From Flectonema sp. DT1601 (Eukaryota), in contig OZ025785.1 in NCBI GenBank assembly GCA_964019425.1, forward strand, positions 1,302,001 through 1,366,000: DNA of 64,000 nucleotides, in the 5' to 3' direction. Positions 1-11,888 of the stretch are shown here, piece after piece (the stretch's first letter is position 1; every line of letters begins with the position of its first letter). The position numbers and the translations under genes are program-made. The notes beneath the pieces were generated by a model. It had not been told where the DNA came from, ran no database searches, and worked only from the letters and a program-made list of their open reading frames with translations.

Positions 1-406
1 AAAGTTTCACTTGTTGGGTTAGAAAAAAAAAAAGGGAAAAAAAAAAAAGAAAACATAATAATGGAACACCTTTCGATGTTTCTGTTTTCACCCGAACAAT
101 GAAAATACAAGTGAGAAATTAACAAGAGGAAAAAAAAAAAAAAAAAAAAAAGTCCCGACAAATCCAGTCTCAAAGCACCCCAGCTCTCCTAGTAGGTTCT
201 TTTGATCCCCCCCAGCTTGCGTAAGAAAAAAAAGTTTTAAAAAAAAAAAAAAACTCCGTAAAAAAAAAAAAAAAGAAAGCCAGTGATAGTATCCCACGGA
301 ACACGCCATTAAATTGGTTCGAAGTCAAGAATCATGATGAGGCTAATTACTTCTCAGCTTTGCACAGTGACACCAGTCAAAAACATGTCAAAACGGAAAT
401 ATTAAA

Positions 407-2242
407 ATGGGTCTCTCGAGCAAAGATTTGCGAGACCTGCTACGGCGGAATGGCATAGCAAAAAAAATATTACACCAACTGCAAAAGAGTGATGTTGATG
501 GAGCGAAATTCTGCAAGTTAAGTGAAGAAGACTTATTGAAGAATGGAGCTGTTGATGACCATACTCGGAAAAAGTTGCTTCGTCTTCAATCCCGAATGAA
601 GAAAAATGAACAAGAAATTAATCAAGATATCCCTCCTCACATGAAAAAAGCAGCAGAAGCCTTGGAGCGTTTTTACAAAGCCAACAAATGCACTGACAAA
701 TATGGAAAAGCGCAGAGCATAATCGATAATTTCGCTGACAATCCAGCGCTTCTGCACACCGAGTTCAAGAAGAAGTACCCAAGTAAACATAAAGATTTGT
801 CGTTTCTGGGAACGCTTGCTGAAGAAGACGCAGCAGTAAAGAAAAAGATTGAACAGCTCGGTAAGAAGTTAGACGCAGTTTATAAGAAAGCTGGTTCACC
901 AGAAGTAGGGAAAGGAGTCCACATTGTTTCCTGTCATAGTGACTCACCTGTAGACCTCTATAACCTTCTTGACGGCAACTACCCACCTAAGGACATAAAA
1001 TTCATCGCCGATTGGGCCGGTGTCAAACAAGACAATAAAACCCGTAAAAAACGCGAAAAGGAAAAAGCTGATGAAGAGGAGAAGAAGAAAAAAGAAAAGG
1101 AAGAAGCGGAAGAACTTGCTCAAGAACAACAAAAAGAAGAGGAACAAAAAAAGAAGGCCGACGACGACAAAAAGCAAAAAAGAAAGGACGCGGTAGCGGC
1201 AAAAGCACGAATTGCTGCTGAAGAGGAAGCGAGGGAAGCAGAATTGCAACGCCAGCAGGAAGAAGCTGAAGAGCACGAACATGAGCGGCTTAGGAAGGAA
1301 GAAGAACAAGAAGCGCAACGCGCTTCGAGTGTGAATGAGACACCTAAAAAGACTTCGGCACCTGTTATTCAAAACTCACTACAAGACGAAGCCGATGCAG
1401 CACGACAGCAACGCAAACGAGAATGGGAAGCTCACCAACAGGAGCAGGAGCGACTGAAGAATGAAGAATTTGATTTGATCCGTCAACGTGAACAGCAAGC
1501 TCTCGAGTCCCATCGAGCAAAGCGTGAAGCCCTTCGAGAAGCTGAACGACGGAGAACGGCAGAGAAAACTCTCCAAAGAGCTGACTGGGAAGTTCCACTG
1601 AACGAAGCGAGAAGCAAACTTCATGAAATGGGACAAACTATACACCAGTACTCGATGCGCGAAGAAGACCAGTTAGAGTTTATACGCGAGCTGGAATTCG
1701 AAAAAAGCCTCTTGCAAGAAAGGTTGTTGAAGCGAAGGCGGGCGAATTGCTCAAAAGCATCTCAGTGTGACATGCAACCAGACCCAGAAACAATTAGAAA
1801 AGGTCCCTCTGTGGGGATGCAACAAATGCTTGGACAACAACACAGACAGATATTGGAATTACAGAAACAAGTTGGGGATGCTGATGGTGAGGTATTTCGT
1901 TTAGAAAAGGAACTTCGAGCACTTCATTTATCAGACAAGAGATACCAGACTCAGGCAAGAGATGCTCAGAATCGATTAATGCATATGCACCAGGCACAGA
2001 TTAACTTAAAGAAATCGTTATCTGATTACCCTCGAAAGAGTCACTCACCACCTCCACTATATAGAGTTCCACCACCGAGAGTTATTACTATTCGGACGTC
2101 TCCTATGAAATCACCTCAATCTAATTGTACTTGTACTGGTAGTGTACAGATGTCTCCAAGTAATTCAAATTTATTCTCAGGTATGGAAAGTCCTCCTCTA
2201 CCACCACCTCGGCTAGTTGTTACTCGATCACCTTCTCTCTGA
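407..2242 (+). CDS. SAM-domain and coiled-coil protein, function unknown
   Basis: 611-aa ORF. The N-terminus (LRDLLRRNGI...DVDGAKFCKLSEEDLLKNG...RKKLLRL) fits a SAM-domain pattern. It is followed by two helical repeats (ALERFYK...KKY; KKLDAVYK...NY), a long E/K/Q coiled coil and a Pro/Ser-rich tail. Confidence 0.7.
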   Translation: MGLSSKDLRDLLRRNGIAKKILHQLQKSDVDGAKFCKLSEEDLLKNGAVDDHTRKKLLRLQSRMKKNEQEINQDIPPHMKKAAEALERFYKANKCTDKYGKAQSIIDNFADNPALLHTEFKKKYPSKHKDLSFLGTLAEEDAAVKKKIEQLGKKLDAVYKKAGSPEVGKGVHIVSCHSDSPVDLYNLLDGNYPPKDIKFIADWAGVKQDNKTRKKREKEKADEEEKKKKEKEEAEELAQEQQKEEEQKKKADDDKKQKRKDAVAAKARIAAEEEAREAELQRQQEEAEEHEHERLRKEEEQEAQRASSVNETPKKTSAPVIQNSLQDEADAARQQRKREWEAHQQEQERLKNEEFDLIRQREQQALESHRAKREALREAERRRTAEKTLQRADWEVPLNEARSKLHEMGQTIHQYSMREEDQLEFIRELEFEKSLLQERLLKRRRANCSKASQCDMQPDPETIRKGPSVGMQQMLGQQHRQILELQKQVGDADGEVFRLEKELRALHLSDKRYQTQARDAQNRLMHMHQAQINLKKSLSDYPRKSHSPPPLYRVPPPRVITIRTSPMKSPQSNCTCTGSVQMSPSNSNLFSGMESPPLPPPRLVVTRSPSL

Positions 2243-2665
2243 TGATGTTTATTAGTATCTTCATGTTGTAAATATTATTAATTACTTCAGAGTGATAATA
2301 CGTATTGTTTGGTATTTGGTCTGTCCCTCACAGTGTTAGTGTTGCTGTCTCGCAACACCCGGATCGCCACTTTTATGTAGTTGTGTCCTATATTTGTTTT
2401 GTTCTGTTTTGTTTGGGACGTTGGAGAGCGTTTATTTTTATTTTTTTCGGATCGCTGTAATCCTCTCCGTAGATGTATTCAATAGTTCTGTTTAGCTGTT
2501 TTTTAATAATCAAAAAACTTTTCTTTCTAAAGCAGCAAATTCAAGGCACAACCACTACTTGTGAAAAAGTTATATTGTCTATAAACACCTTACTCTATTT
2601 TACCCAATTCCCAGGCGCGGTTGGACAGGGGGGTTGAAGGGGGCTAACCCCCTAGACACTTTAAA

Positions 2666-3687
2666 ATGGGTGTGGGGGTAACAGTGTACACAACGCAGGT
2701 ATGTATACTTCAGCCAAACACAAATAAATGTATCACAGCGATAACTAAAAACAAAACAAACTAATAAACAGCTCAAAATGGTTAGAAAATCTGCGACTAA
2801 CTGTAGAAAATTATTCAAATTGTTAAACAGTTTGAAGATTGACTACTCAGAAATACCTGTTGACGTGGTATGCATTTATTCTTGTGCATTGTGCTTTTAG
2901 TAGCTTGTCTTGAAAAAAGATTTTCAAACAGGAAACCCGTAAAGAGATTGATGAAAAAAATAATGGATACAAAGAGCTTCCACAAATCTTCGTTGCTGAA
3001 ACATTCATTGGAGGTTATGAAGAAGTAGAGGACTACAACGAAGAGGGTGAGTTGAGACATGTTTTAAGAGAAGCTGGTTATACGGGTGAGATAAATGATG
3101 GGCAACAAGATCGTGCGGGAGGTAAGAAGAAGGAAGCAGCACCACCTCCTCCTGAAGATGATAGTGATGGTGAACCACCAGAAGATGAGGACTCAGATCC
3201 TCCACCTTCTGATGATGATTCAGAACCTCCTCCTCCAGAGAGTGATGAGGATGATGATGAACCATCAGCTGATCCCCCTGCAGAAGATGATGATGAGGCA
3301 GATCCTCCCGCTGAAGATGATGAACAGCCAGAACCAGCAGCTGAAGATGAACCAGCAGCGGAGGAGGAAGAAGCAGCGCCTCCCGCGGAAGAAGAAGACG
3401 CGCCTCCACCAGAAGAAGAAGAAGCAGCGCCTCCCGCGGAAGAGGAAGACGTGCCTCCACCAGAAGAAGAAGAAGCAGCGCCTCCTGTGGAAGAAGAAGA
3501 TGTACCGCCGCCTGAAGAAGATGCAGCTCCACCATCTGAGGATGACGATCCTCCACCTGATGACGATGATGAGCCGCCGCCACCCAGCGACGATGATGAG
3601 CCTCCTCCTCCTGAGGACGATGACGACGAGCCTCCTCCTCCAGATAGCGATGATGACGAGCCGCCTCCTGAAGACGATGACGATTAG
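2666..3687 (+). CDS. Glutaredoxin-like (GRX-like/SH3BGR-type) protein with a long acidic Pro-rich tail; spliced join(2666..2698,2772..2867,2932..3687), 294 aa
   Basis: Removing two GTATG...ACAG introns gives MGVGVTVYTTQLKMVRKSATNCRKLFKLLNSLKIDYSEIPVDVETRKEI...LPQIFVAETFIGGYEEVEDYNEEGELRHVL, a GRX-like signature. It continues in frame into the 3052..3687 P/E/D-rich ORF. Confidence 0.85.
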
Positions 3688-4436
3688 CCAACAGGCTGAC
3701 AATCGGATTCCAAATACAGCGGCTGCAATCTTCCTGTTCGCCACTCATGTGTTCTTCGACGGCAACCTCGCGAAGATCCTGGGTCTAGAAAATTCACAAC
3801 TTATTTATTATACGCACACCTTTCACTTGTTTTGTAGCAAATGAAAAAAAAAAAGGGATAACGAAAACGAAATGTAATAAGAAAGGTGCTTAGGACTGCA
3901 GTTGGCTCTGCACTCCTCCCCAGTTTCCCGTAAACACCCCAACCCCTTGTAGTTTGTCTCGGGAAAGGTTTGTTGATCGAGAGGGAAAAAAAACAAAAAA
4001 ACAAAGAAAGGCAAAATTTGCTGCGAAAAAACAATGCAGAAAAGGAAAAAAAAAAAAAAAAAAGACCAAACCGAAAATAAAACAATAGCAGCATTTTTGT
4101 CTACAGGTGCCAACAATAACCACAACCGTGTCGTGTGATAGAGTTGTGTGTCGAGTAGGAAGCAAAGATAAAGTGAAGTTCTGCTTCTCATCTTTGATCA
4201 TCCGCTACGAATTTACCTCTCCGATCAGAATGTCCAACATGGACAAGTACTACAAAACCTCCCTGACCCATGCAAATTCGCTATGAGGAACCTAATAACT
4301 AGCCTTTTTTTATTTATTTATTTTTTTCATTTATAGATAACAATGTATTAACTATGAGACGAGAGAACTATTTCAGTGTAGTTTTTTTTGGTTGTGTTTA
4401 ATTTTTATCATAATTTTTTTTTAAAAAAAAAAGTTT

Positions 4437-4467
<31 letters not shown>

Positions 4468-4478
4468 TCTTTTCAAAA

Positions 4479-7400
4479 ATGAGAGAGAGACGCTCACCAC
4501 AAGAATCTGCTCGCTCCAGCTCAATTGAAAGTAAAGTGATGTCTGAACCTGATTGGGACGTATTAAAGGATAAAGAACTGGAGAGGTCAGAGTCATCATG
4601 GGTAATCATATCGTCTGTCTCAGCCATAATATCAATGATTTTAGTCACATTGGTCTACTTTGAAAACAAGAAGCCTCCAGAAACTACTCAACTACATGTG
4701 AATATGGTTGAGGCTGGTGTTCGTATTAATCTCCCAAAGCTGACCTTCCCACCAGAGCCATCGTACTCAAACTCGGTTCATTCTAGCCAAGCTCAGCTTC
4801 CGAGATTTCTTGGAGGGGGTGAGCTGGTAAATACGAGTCTCCGGTTGATATCATTCGACTTACTTACTTTTGGTAGCAATCCGTTTTCTGTTCCTCTTGA
4901 GGGAAGCAACACATTACTTGATCTCAATTCGGAGTTGTTTTCGTCTTCTAAAAATAAAAATCTGATATCAGACTTGCTCACTAATTCTATGTATGAAGAG
5001 TTGAAAGAAACCCTTGCGAAGAGTGGTTCAATTATTACAAATCTTGACAACTACTGGAAATTATCCAAATCAATGACGTTCCAAGAATTTGTTATGTCGC
5101 CACAAAACCTCGCCCACATCCAGAGATTGGACCGCCAAACGAGCCCCTTCATTGGAAAGTTTGGACCGTACATGCGACCAGTTGCAACAACCTGCTTTGA
5201 GCAACTGGAGGTTGGAAACGTGACGAAATGGTTCCAAGAACAGTGGATGAAATTTATCTTTCAGGTGGAAGCGACGAGCCCTGTTTCGGGTCGCCAGGGA
5301 ACGATCTACGGACTGACGAGGGAATCGCAGTGCACTGGAGAGGCGCTGGTTGCTCTCGCTGTGTACGATACGATGATGATGTCGATCTTATCGGGGAGTG
5401 GGAAGGCTGGTCACTACCACGAAGTGAGACAGAAACAATGCGCCTTACTGACTGAGGGATCGCAGAAGTCGTTCCTAAATCTACTGGAGGAGGGGAAGCA
5501 GAACTTCCGACAGGTGGATGTGATCATCCTCCGCAACATCAACGCGGAGCTCGCAGAGAAGATCCGAACATCAGAGTTTGGGAGGACGCAGTTCGAACTT
5601 AAGGTGCCGCGTTCGTTCAACAAGCTGAGTAACGACAACCCGGCAATCTTACTGCGGATCGGTAGGTTTCTGGGGGCGCAGGAAGTGATCATCGACGCTT
5701 TCGAAGATGGCGTTGAGGACTACGGTCGTTCATTTGTTTGTTCAGCGACCCGTCTGGACACTTCGCAGACTCTCGTGTTGTTGGCATCCCTGAGTAGCAG
5801 GAAAGCACTCGAAGTTGTTCATGATGAAGTTATATTAAAAGAAAGCAGTAATCGGATGCTACTCGCAGGCATAGCTTCGGACGCGCTGTCTGAAGAAACC
5901 CATGACCGCGAACTAGCAGAAGTATCAACTTCGATATCGAAAGAAAATATTCAAATTTACGACCTTTTTGGGAAACACAACCCTATCTACTCCATCGTCT
6001 TTCAGAGTTCTGAATACGAACCCGTCAGTAGCGAGTCGTTGGATTCCTTAAATAAATCTTTTAGTCAGGAAATCCTCACTTTACACAGGCCGTTGTCAGT
6101 TGAACTTCAAAAGAAAGAAGTCACTGAGAAACAACGAGCAGCAAACTTGGGTTCTATTATTTTAAAACAACTAAAGAAGAGTAATCAAGGCACTACTAGT
6201 CCACCTGAACCTGAGGAAGAAACAGAAGTACCGCCAACAAGCAAAGAACCATTAGTGACTACTCCACAGCCTGTAGTTCCGGTTCCAGTTCCAACAGCTC
6301 TGGAGAATGTAGTTCTTAAGGAGGATGGATCGGTAGAACTACCTCCCAGCAATGTTGGAAACTTTGTTGGAGTCCCAGAAGGCGCTTTATTCCCACCTAG
6401 TTCTCAAGAGGCTGGTGGGATAACTGTTACTGTTGTCGCTGACAACGGTCTTGGTGATCGTATTGGTAGCATCTATTCAGGTCTTGTTCTCGCACATAAT
6501 CTGAAAGCAAAGTTACACGTCTTGTGGAATTTAAATAATGAATGCCAGGCCAGGTTTTCTGTACTCTTCAAGTTTGATGGAACCTGCAGCTCTGTTGCGA
6601 ATGTCAGCGAAGCAAACAATCTTGAAAAGAGACTACAGGGACAAGGAGCAATGTTTGATGCAATCATCACACTCAAACATCACTTCTCTACTGCTCATTT
6701 AATTAATCATCAAGAAGGTACTATTTTACCTCCCTACAACCCACTTTCTCCATGGCATTGCGGAGAATCAAGAAAAGTTGATCTCGAACAACAAGGCCAA
6801 ATCACAAGATGGGCATTAAAGCGGCAACAGTATGTTTTTTATTTTCCTGTAGAAACTCAAACATTGATTATTTGTTCAAGAGTTTAAAGTTAATAAAAAC
6901 ACTAACAGAAACGGTCTCCGAACACATATTTTATACCACATCGATAGACTAGCTCTTGGGGTAGACCTTAGGAGGGTATGTAGTTATAACTGTGTTACTA
7001 AGGGATAAAGGGATATCGCAAAAAAAAAAAAAAAATAAATAACTAAAACAGGTTCCCGCGGCATCTCAGTTTTATAACTTTCGACTACATGAGGCCATTA
7101 GAAATCGTGTTGATCGTTTTTCAGAACAACACAAGATCTCACCTGTAAACACTGTTGGTATTCATCTTCGATCAACTGACGCTCGTATCCCTCTCCGTAT
7201 CAACGACGCAATTACTGATGTCCGCCTTCGTTTTCCAACAAGAACCTTTTTCGTTGCATCTGACGATCCCAAAGCAGAACAGCAGTTTCTCGAAGCCTTC
7301 TCAGGCCGTGCTGTTTCAAACACGATGAAGACTCACTTTCCAGGAAAGCTGAATAATGATCAACCGTTTCGAATCGCTGGTAAGTTAGGAGCCGGTAGAT

Positions 7401-7606
7401 TTAATGTTAACAGAACTGAAGCATCAGTTGTTGATGCACTAACTGACATGGCGTTACTGAGTAGGACTGAGAGACCGATAATTGATGGAGTCTTAAGAGA
7501 TTCATCATTCGGTAAAATGTCAACAACGTTATGTGTTGTTAGATTGTCTTGTGATGAAGAACTCGGGAAGTTAGCTGAAGCACTTCCTGCGAGGCATTTG
7601 AGTTAA
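4479..7606 (+). CDS. Type II membrane fucosyltransferase-superfamily (GT11/GT23/NodZ-like) protein, paralog 1; join(4479..6829,6909..6975,7052..7606)
   Basis: N-terminal TM helix. The C-terminal domain has GLGDRIGS, VGIHLRSTD, FFVASDD and DMALLSR...SSFG motifs. Two GTATGT...ACAG introns restore the reading frame, and the exon structure (67-nt middle exon) is identical in paralog 2. Confidence 0.8.
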
Positions 7607-7848
7607 AATACTACAGCCGCATGATTCTTAAGGGTAGTGAATGGTTTTGATCAATGCGAGTTTTTGTTTTGTTACTTTTCTTGTCTTCTTACAACTTTCT
7701 TATCCGACGTACTAACTGAATGTAGTACTCGACTGCAGGAAAGTACTCTCCTGTCCTTCTTTTTTTTTTTTTTGTTTGTTGGCATTATATAATATTTTCT
7801 CTAGCTTTCACAATACTTTGCCAAATATCTTTTTTTTTTTTTTTTTTT

Positions 7849-8108
7849 GGTTATGTCCAAAATACAACCTTTGTTACCTGTGGCTCTAGCCTGACTGTGT
7901 CCCTGGGGGGTCCGCATAATAGCTTGAAATCTGAGATCACCTCACTGAGCCACAGTACTGTCCTTTCAGAGTTCCTGTGAAGTAACCCACAGAACACTTG
8001 AGGAGAACCAATCAACCAAACTGCTCCGGCGGAGAACCAACCAATCTCGGTCATTCCGGTGTATTTTATGCCATTTTCAACAAGAGAAATGTATTTTGGG
8101 TCACTTCC
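7849..8108. repeat. Dispersed repeat / possible degenerate MITE; internal sequence shared with the element at 44173-45316
   Basis: The segments cctgactgtgtccctgg, tctgagatcacctcactgagccacagtactgtc and gagaaccaaccaatctc recur in the same order at about 44377, 44735 and 44988. The ends share ccaaaataca/tgtattttgg in inverted orientation, and the repeat follows a poly-T run. Confidence 0.5.
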
Positions 8109-9194
8109 ATATTTGTTTCTCAGTCTAAATTTGTTACACACTTTGGGAATATTGATTCAAAATGAGAATCCATTAAAATTGCCAACGACGGCAAAAGTCA
8201 AACAAATGGATTGAGGGGTTTTTTATTTCTTAGAAAAATTAAAGAAATTCTCCTCGGAGGTGCAGATTTAGATTGTCTCTCTTAGGTACTCCTTGTCTCT
8301 CCAAGATGACGGACACCGTTGATATTTTCGCATTAATTTCCCCTGCCTTATTTTGTTTGTTATAAAGTAATGCTTTTGTTATTATTTTTCTGTTTTTTTT
8401 TTCCCCCCGCACACGTCCCTTCACTATTTCTTTTTTGCGTTTTTATTTATTTATTTATTTTTTTTTTTTTTAAAAAAAAAGGGATTCTTTATCTCCTTCA
8501 CGGCGTCTGATGTGCGCACTGCGGGGAGTGGTACCGCATTAATACAGCAGCTTTAGCATGGCTGTGGCCAAACAGCTTTTTGGTGTAACTCCTTGCTACC
8601 AATGAGCAATTTCCTCTCTGGATCTCTTTTGTTTTCTTTTCATTCTTTTCTCACTTATCCGTCAGCTATAACAACTTCGCAATGAGGTTGTTATTTCATC
8701 CAAGGAAGAGCATAAAATATCGTTAGTAGTGCACAAAGCTAAGTGTTATTTTTTTTTATATACATTATAATACACCACTTTTTATTTGTTATTACACAGA
8801 CTGGTGTACGTCTTGATAATCTCTTCTGCGATCACACAGAAAACAGCTTCAGGCTTTTTAGTTCAATATAATATATACCGTTTTCTTTTTTTTGTGTGTT
8901 TACTCAGCCACGCACTATTAACTAGGTTGTGTGTCCCTTGACATTCGTACTAATTTAATTTTTAGGTAGCGTTGATTTTTTTTTTTAATTCGACATCGAG
9001 GCTTCATTCTGATAGCTTTTTGATGTGTCGATGTACAAATGCCATGATTTTCGTATAGTTTTGGGGACTTTTTAACAAGATAAGGGAGTCTCCTCTTACT
9101 AACAAACATGTTCGACCTTCCTTCTCATACCTAATCCCTTTTTTATTGTTTACTCAAAGAAGTCTTATTCTCGCAGTAACAATATACGGGATGA

Positions 9195-9230
<36 letters not shown>

Positions 9231-9711
9231 CCTTGGCTTTTTTGAAAAAAATAGACAAAGGGGAAAAGGGTGTGTGGGTATGACTTGATGCCAGGGTGAA
9301 AGGCCCTTACCCGAACATTGCATCGGAGTCTTTTTTCTCCCTTTTGTCCATTTTTTTTGCCCAAAATGAAATTTTCTCGAAAGCCATAAATATGGAAATT
9401 GGGTGTGTTCTAGGGTTATTGCAGAAAAAAACCAAAATAAAAAAAAAACCGTAATATGGACCAAATAATTACTTAGAAAAAAAAGTATCGGCAAAACTTC
9501 ACTTTTTTACTTACTCACTCACACTTTTATTTTGTTTGTGCGCAACCTTCTAAAAAAAAAGAAAAGCCTCGTGCGCTTACTTAAGAAGAGCAAATAGAAA
9601 AAAAAAACAACCGAAACGCTGGTGAGAGTCATGAGCTTTTTCTGGGCTTAGGCACTTCCTTGACAAATAAATAAAATAAAGCTCTCAGATTTTTTCTACT
9701 TTTCAGCCGCA

Positions 9712-10009
9712 TTAAGTGCGAGCTGAGAATAAAGCTGGTATTCTCATGAGGACCTAGACTAACGCGACTATTTCTCCCTCTCTGTCTCTCTTCAAATTGT
9801 TTGTGTTATTAGCAAATGCAATTGGTACTTTTGATTGACGGAATCTGCGGCTATTCAAGTATCACTTTTCTTATTTTGAATGAGTGGTATCAACTTAAGT
9901 GCGAGCTGAGAATAAAGCCGGTAGTGGTCTCATTGTAAACTTAACCAGCGTGATTATTCCTCTCCCTCTTTTTAGCAAAAGCGATTGGTACTTTCGATCA
10001 GCGGAATCT
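9712..10009. repeat. Degenerate direct duplication (9712-9846 and 9895-10009)
   Basis: Both copies start ttaagtgcgagctgagaataaagc and end ...attggtacttt...cggaatct. Confidence 0.7.
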
Positions 10010-11888
10010 TCTAAAATGGTATTAACTTATGTGAGGGTAGCGACCTACCCACATCAGATTGATTTTTGTAACCAATTTGCTGTTTTTTTGTTTTGTTTTT
10101 TTTGTGTATTTTAGTATAGTTTGTTTACCACCACTCTCATTGAAAACTACTTTCTCATTCGTTGTTGGAATATTTCTGTGTTTTTTCAAAATTTTATTTC
10201 CCATTTTTTTTTTGAAAAAAAAAATACTTTGATACTCAAAAGAGGGACTTGCTAACTGACTGAACTTACTGATAAATGGGGTAGCCAAAAAAAGGAATCG
10301 AGTAGGTTAAGATTATAGCCTGAAAACTGTCTTATTTTCTCAATACCCCCCCATATACATATAACTACCTGATCTTCTATAATGAGTTACCTTAGTACTC
10401 ACATTAGCATGCATCAACACCAGATGGGACTTAATGTCGACCTAAAGGTAAAAGGTTGGTAGGTGTTGATTTTTGCTTGCGACTGGAAGGAAAATCACAG
10501 GAATGAATGAAGGACACGAGTATCACGTATTGCATTGTTTTTGGTCTCCCTTTTTTCCCTCCTTTTTTTAATTTTTTTTTTTTTTTTTTTTTTTTTACAT
10601 TCTTGTCGGATTTTTTGTTAGCATTTTTGATGCACCTGCCGCCTCTAACGATGGATCCGGACAACCAAATGCGAAAAAAAAAACAAAAAAAAAACGAAAA
10701 CCTGTCGGAAGTGGTGCGATAGAAGGTGCGATGCCACTGAATTGATTTTATGATTCAGAAAATGTGACATTTTAGTTGCGATTATCATTATTATTGTCTA
10801 GAACACTTGCCGCAACCTGTTTGCTGGAGAGAGAACCAAGACGCTATGCCCCGGTATGAATTACATGTGCAAATAGACAGGGTTCTGAAGAGGTCATTAC
10901 GAAACCCCTATTTCCAGAAAACTTCCAACAGGTCTTTTTCATGTTGTTTACTTTTTTCTTTTTGTGCTTCCTCTCACTTCATCACAAGAACATCTTGTGA
11001 ATCCCTTTTTTTTTTCTTTTTCTTTTTTTTTTTTTTTGAGTGGTTTTCAAACCTAAATTTTCAATTTAGACAGAATTCTGATCGCGAAATATTGCTGTTT
11101 ATTTGCTTTTTACTTTAAAAAAATAAATAAATAAATAAATAATAAAAAAAGCAAACATGGGCACCTCTTGTCATATTTTTTCACCGGGCAGTTGTGTTCT
11201 TTTTATTGACAGCAAGGCGAGAGGAATTCAGATTAACCGACGTTGAACTTGATTCATACACTTGCGATATTTGTTTTTCCACGGACACTCATTTTTTTAT
11301 TATTATTTTTTATGGATAGCAGTCGTTTTCATTACCCTTACGTTGGTACTCCATATTTTTTTTTCCCCTTTTCATTCCTTTGATAATTTAAATTATCCTC
11401 AAAAAAAAGGCAAGTCCAAGCAATTAACAATCACCTCCTCTCATTAAAAAAAAGTTTTTGGTTATAAGGCATTAGATAAGTCTGCTTTCTCGCTAGTTAG
11501 TCTGATGCAGCTTTCCCTGACTTCGAAATAAATAAATAAAGAAAAATACACAATAATATTGATTAATACTTTTTTTTTGCTGGAGGTAATTATTTCCGCT
11601 TTCTTAACTTTAATGTAGTGGTGACGGAGAACCAAAAAAAGGATAATAAAAAAAAGAGAAGTAGCTTTCCCGAATGAAAAAAAAAAGAAATCTGATTTCT
11701 AACAAAGAATTACTTTGTCGCTTGTGCGTTGTGTGGATTGTATGTCTTTTGTGAAGTTATTAGCAGATTGTTAATTATGTTTACCAAAGGTTTACACAAA
11801 TACATGAAATAGTTTGATTTCATTGGTGTTAATATGTGTTAATGATGTAATTCTTATTTATTTATATTCGTAGGTCGTTTCTAGAAAC

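Noticed and set aside
3005..3844. Overlapping alternative-frame and antisense ORFs over the P/E/D-rich tail
   Set aside because: Expected shadows of low-complexity codons; the spliced GRX-like frame explains the region.
6830..7051. Apparent frameshifts or pseudogenes in split ORFs (also 14366, 25487, 27282, 36270)
   Set aside because: Each break is resolved by a GT-AG intron that restores the frame and conserved motifs.
7925..7965. cacctca...cagtac resemblance to the ingi/SIDER retroposon signature, or a tRNA A-box on the minus strand
   Set aside because: Only short partial matches; I could not build the ribozyme pairing, a B-box or a cloverleaf.
7607..11888. Short ORFs in the gene-free gap, and poly-F/poly-K ORFs elsewhere
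   Set aside because: Derived from A/T homopolymer tracts, with no protein-like composition or motifs.
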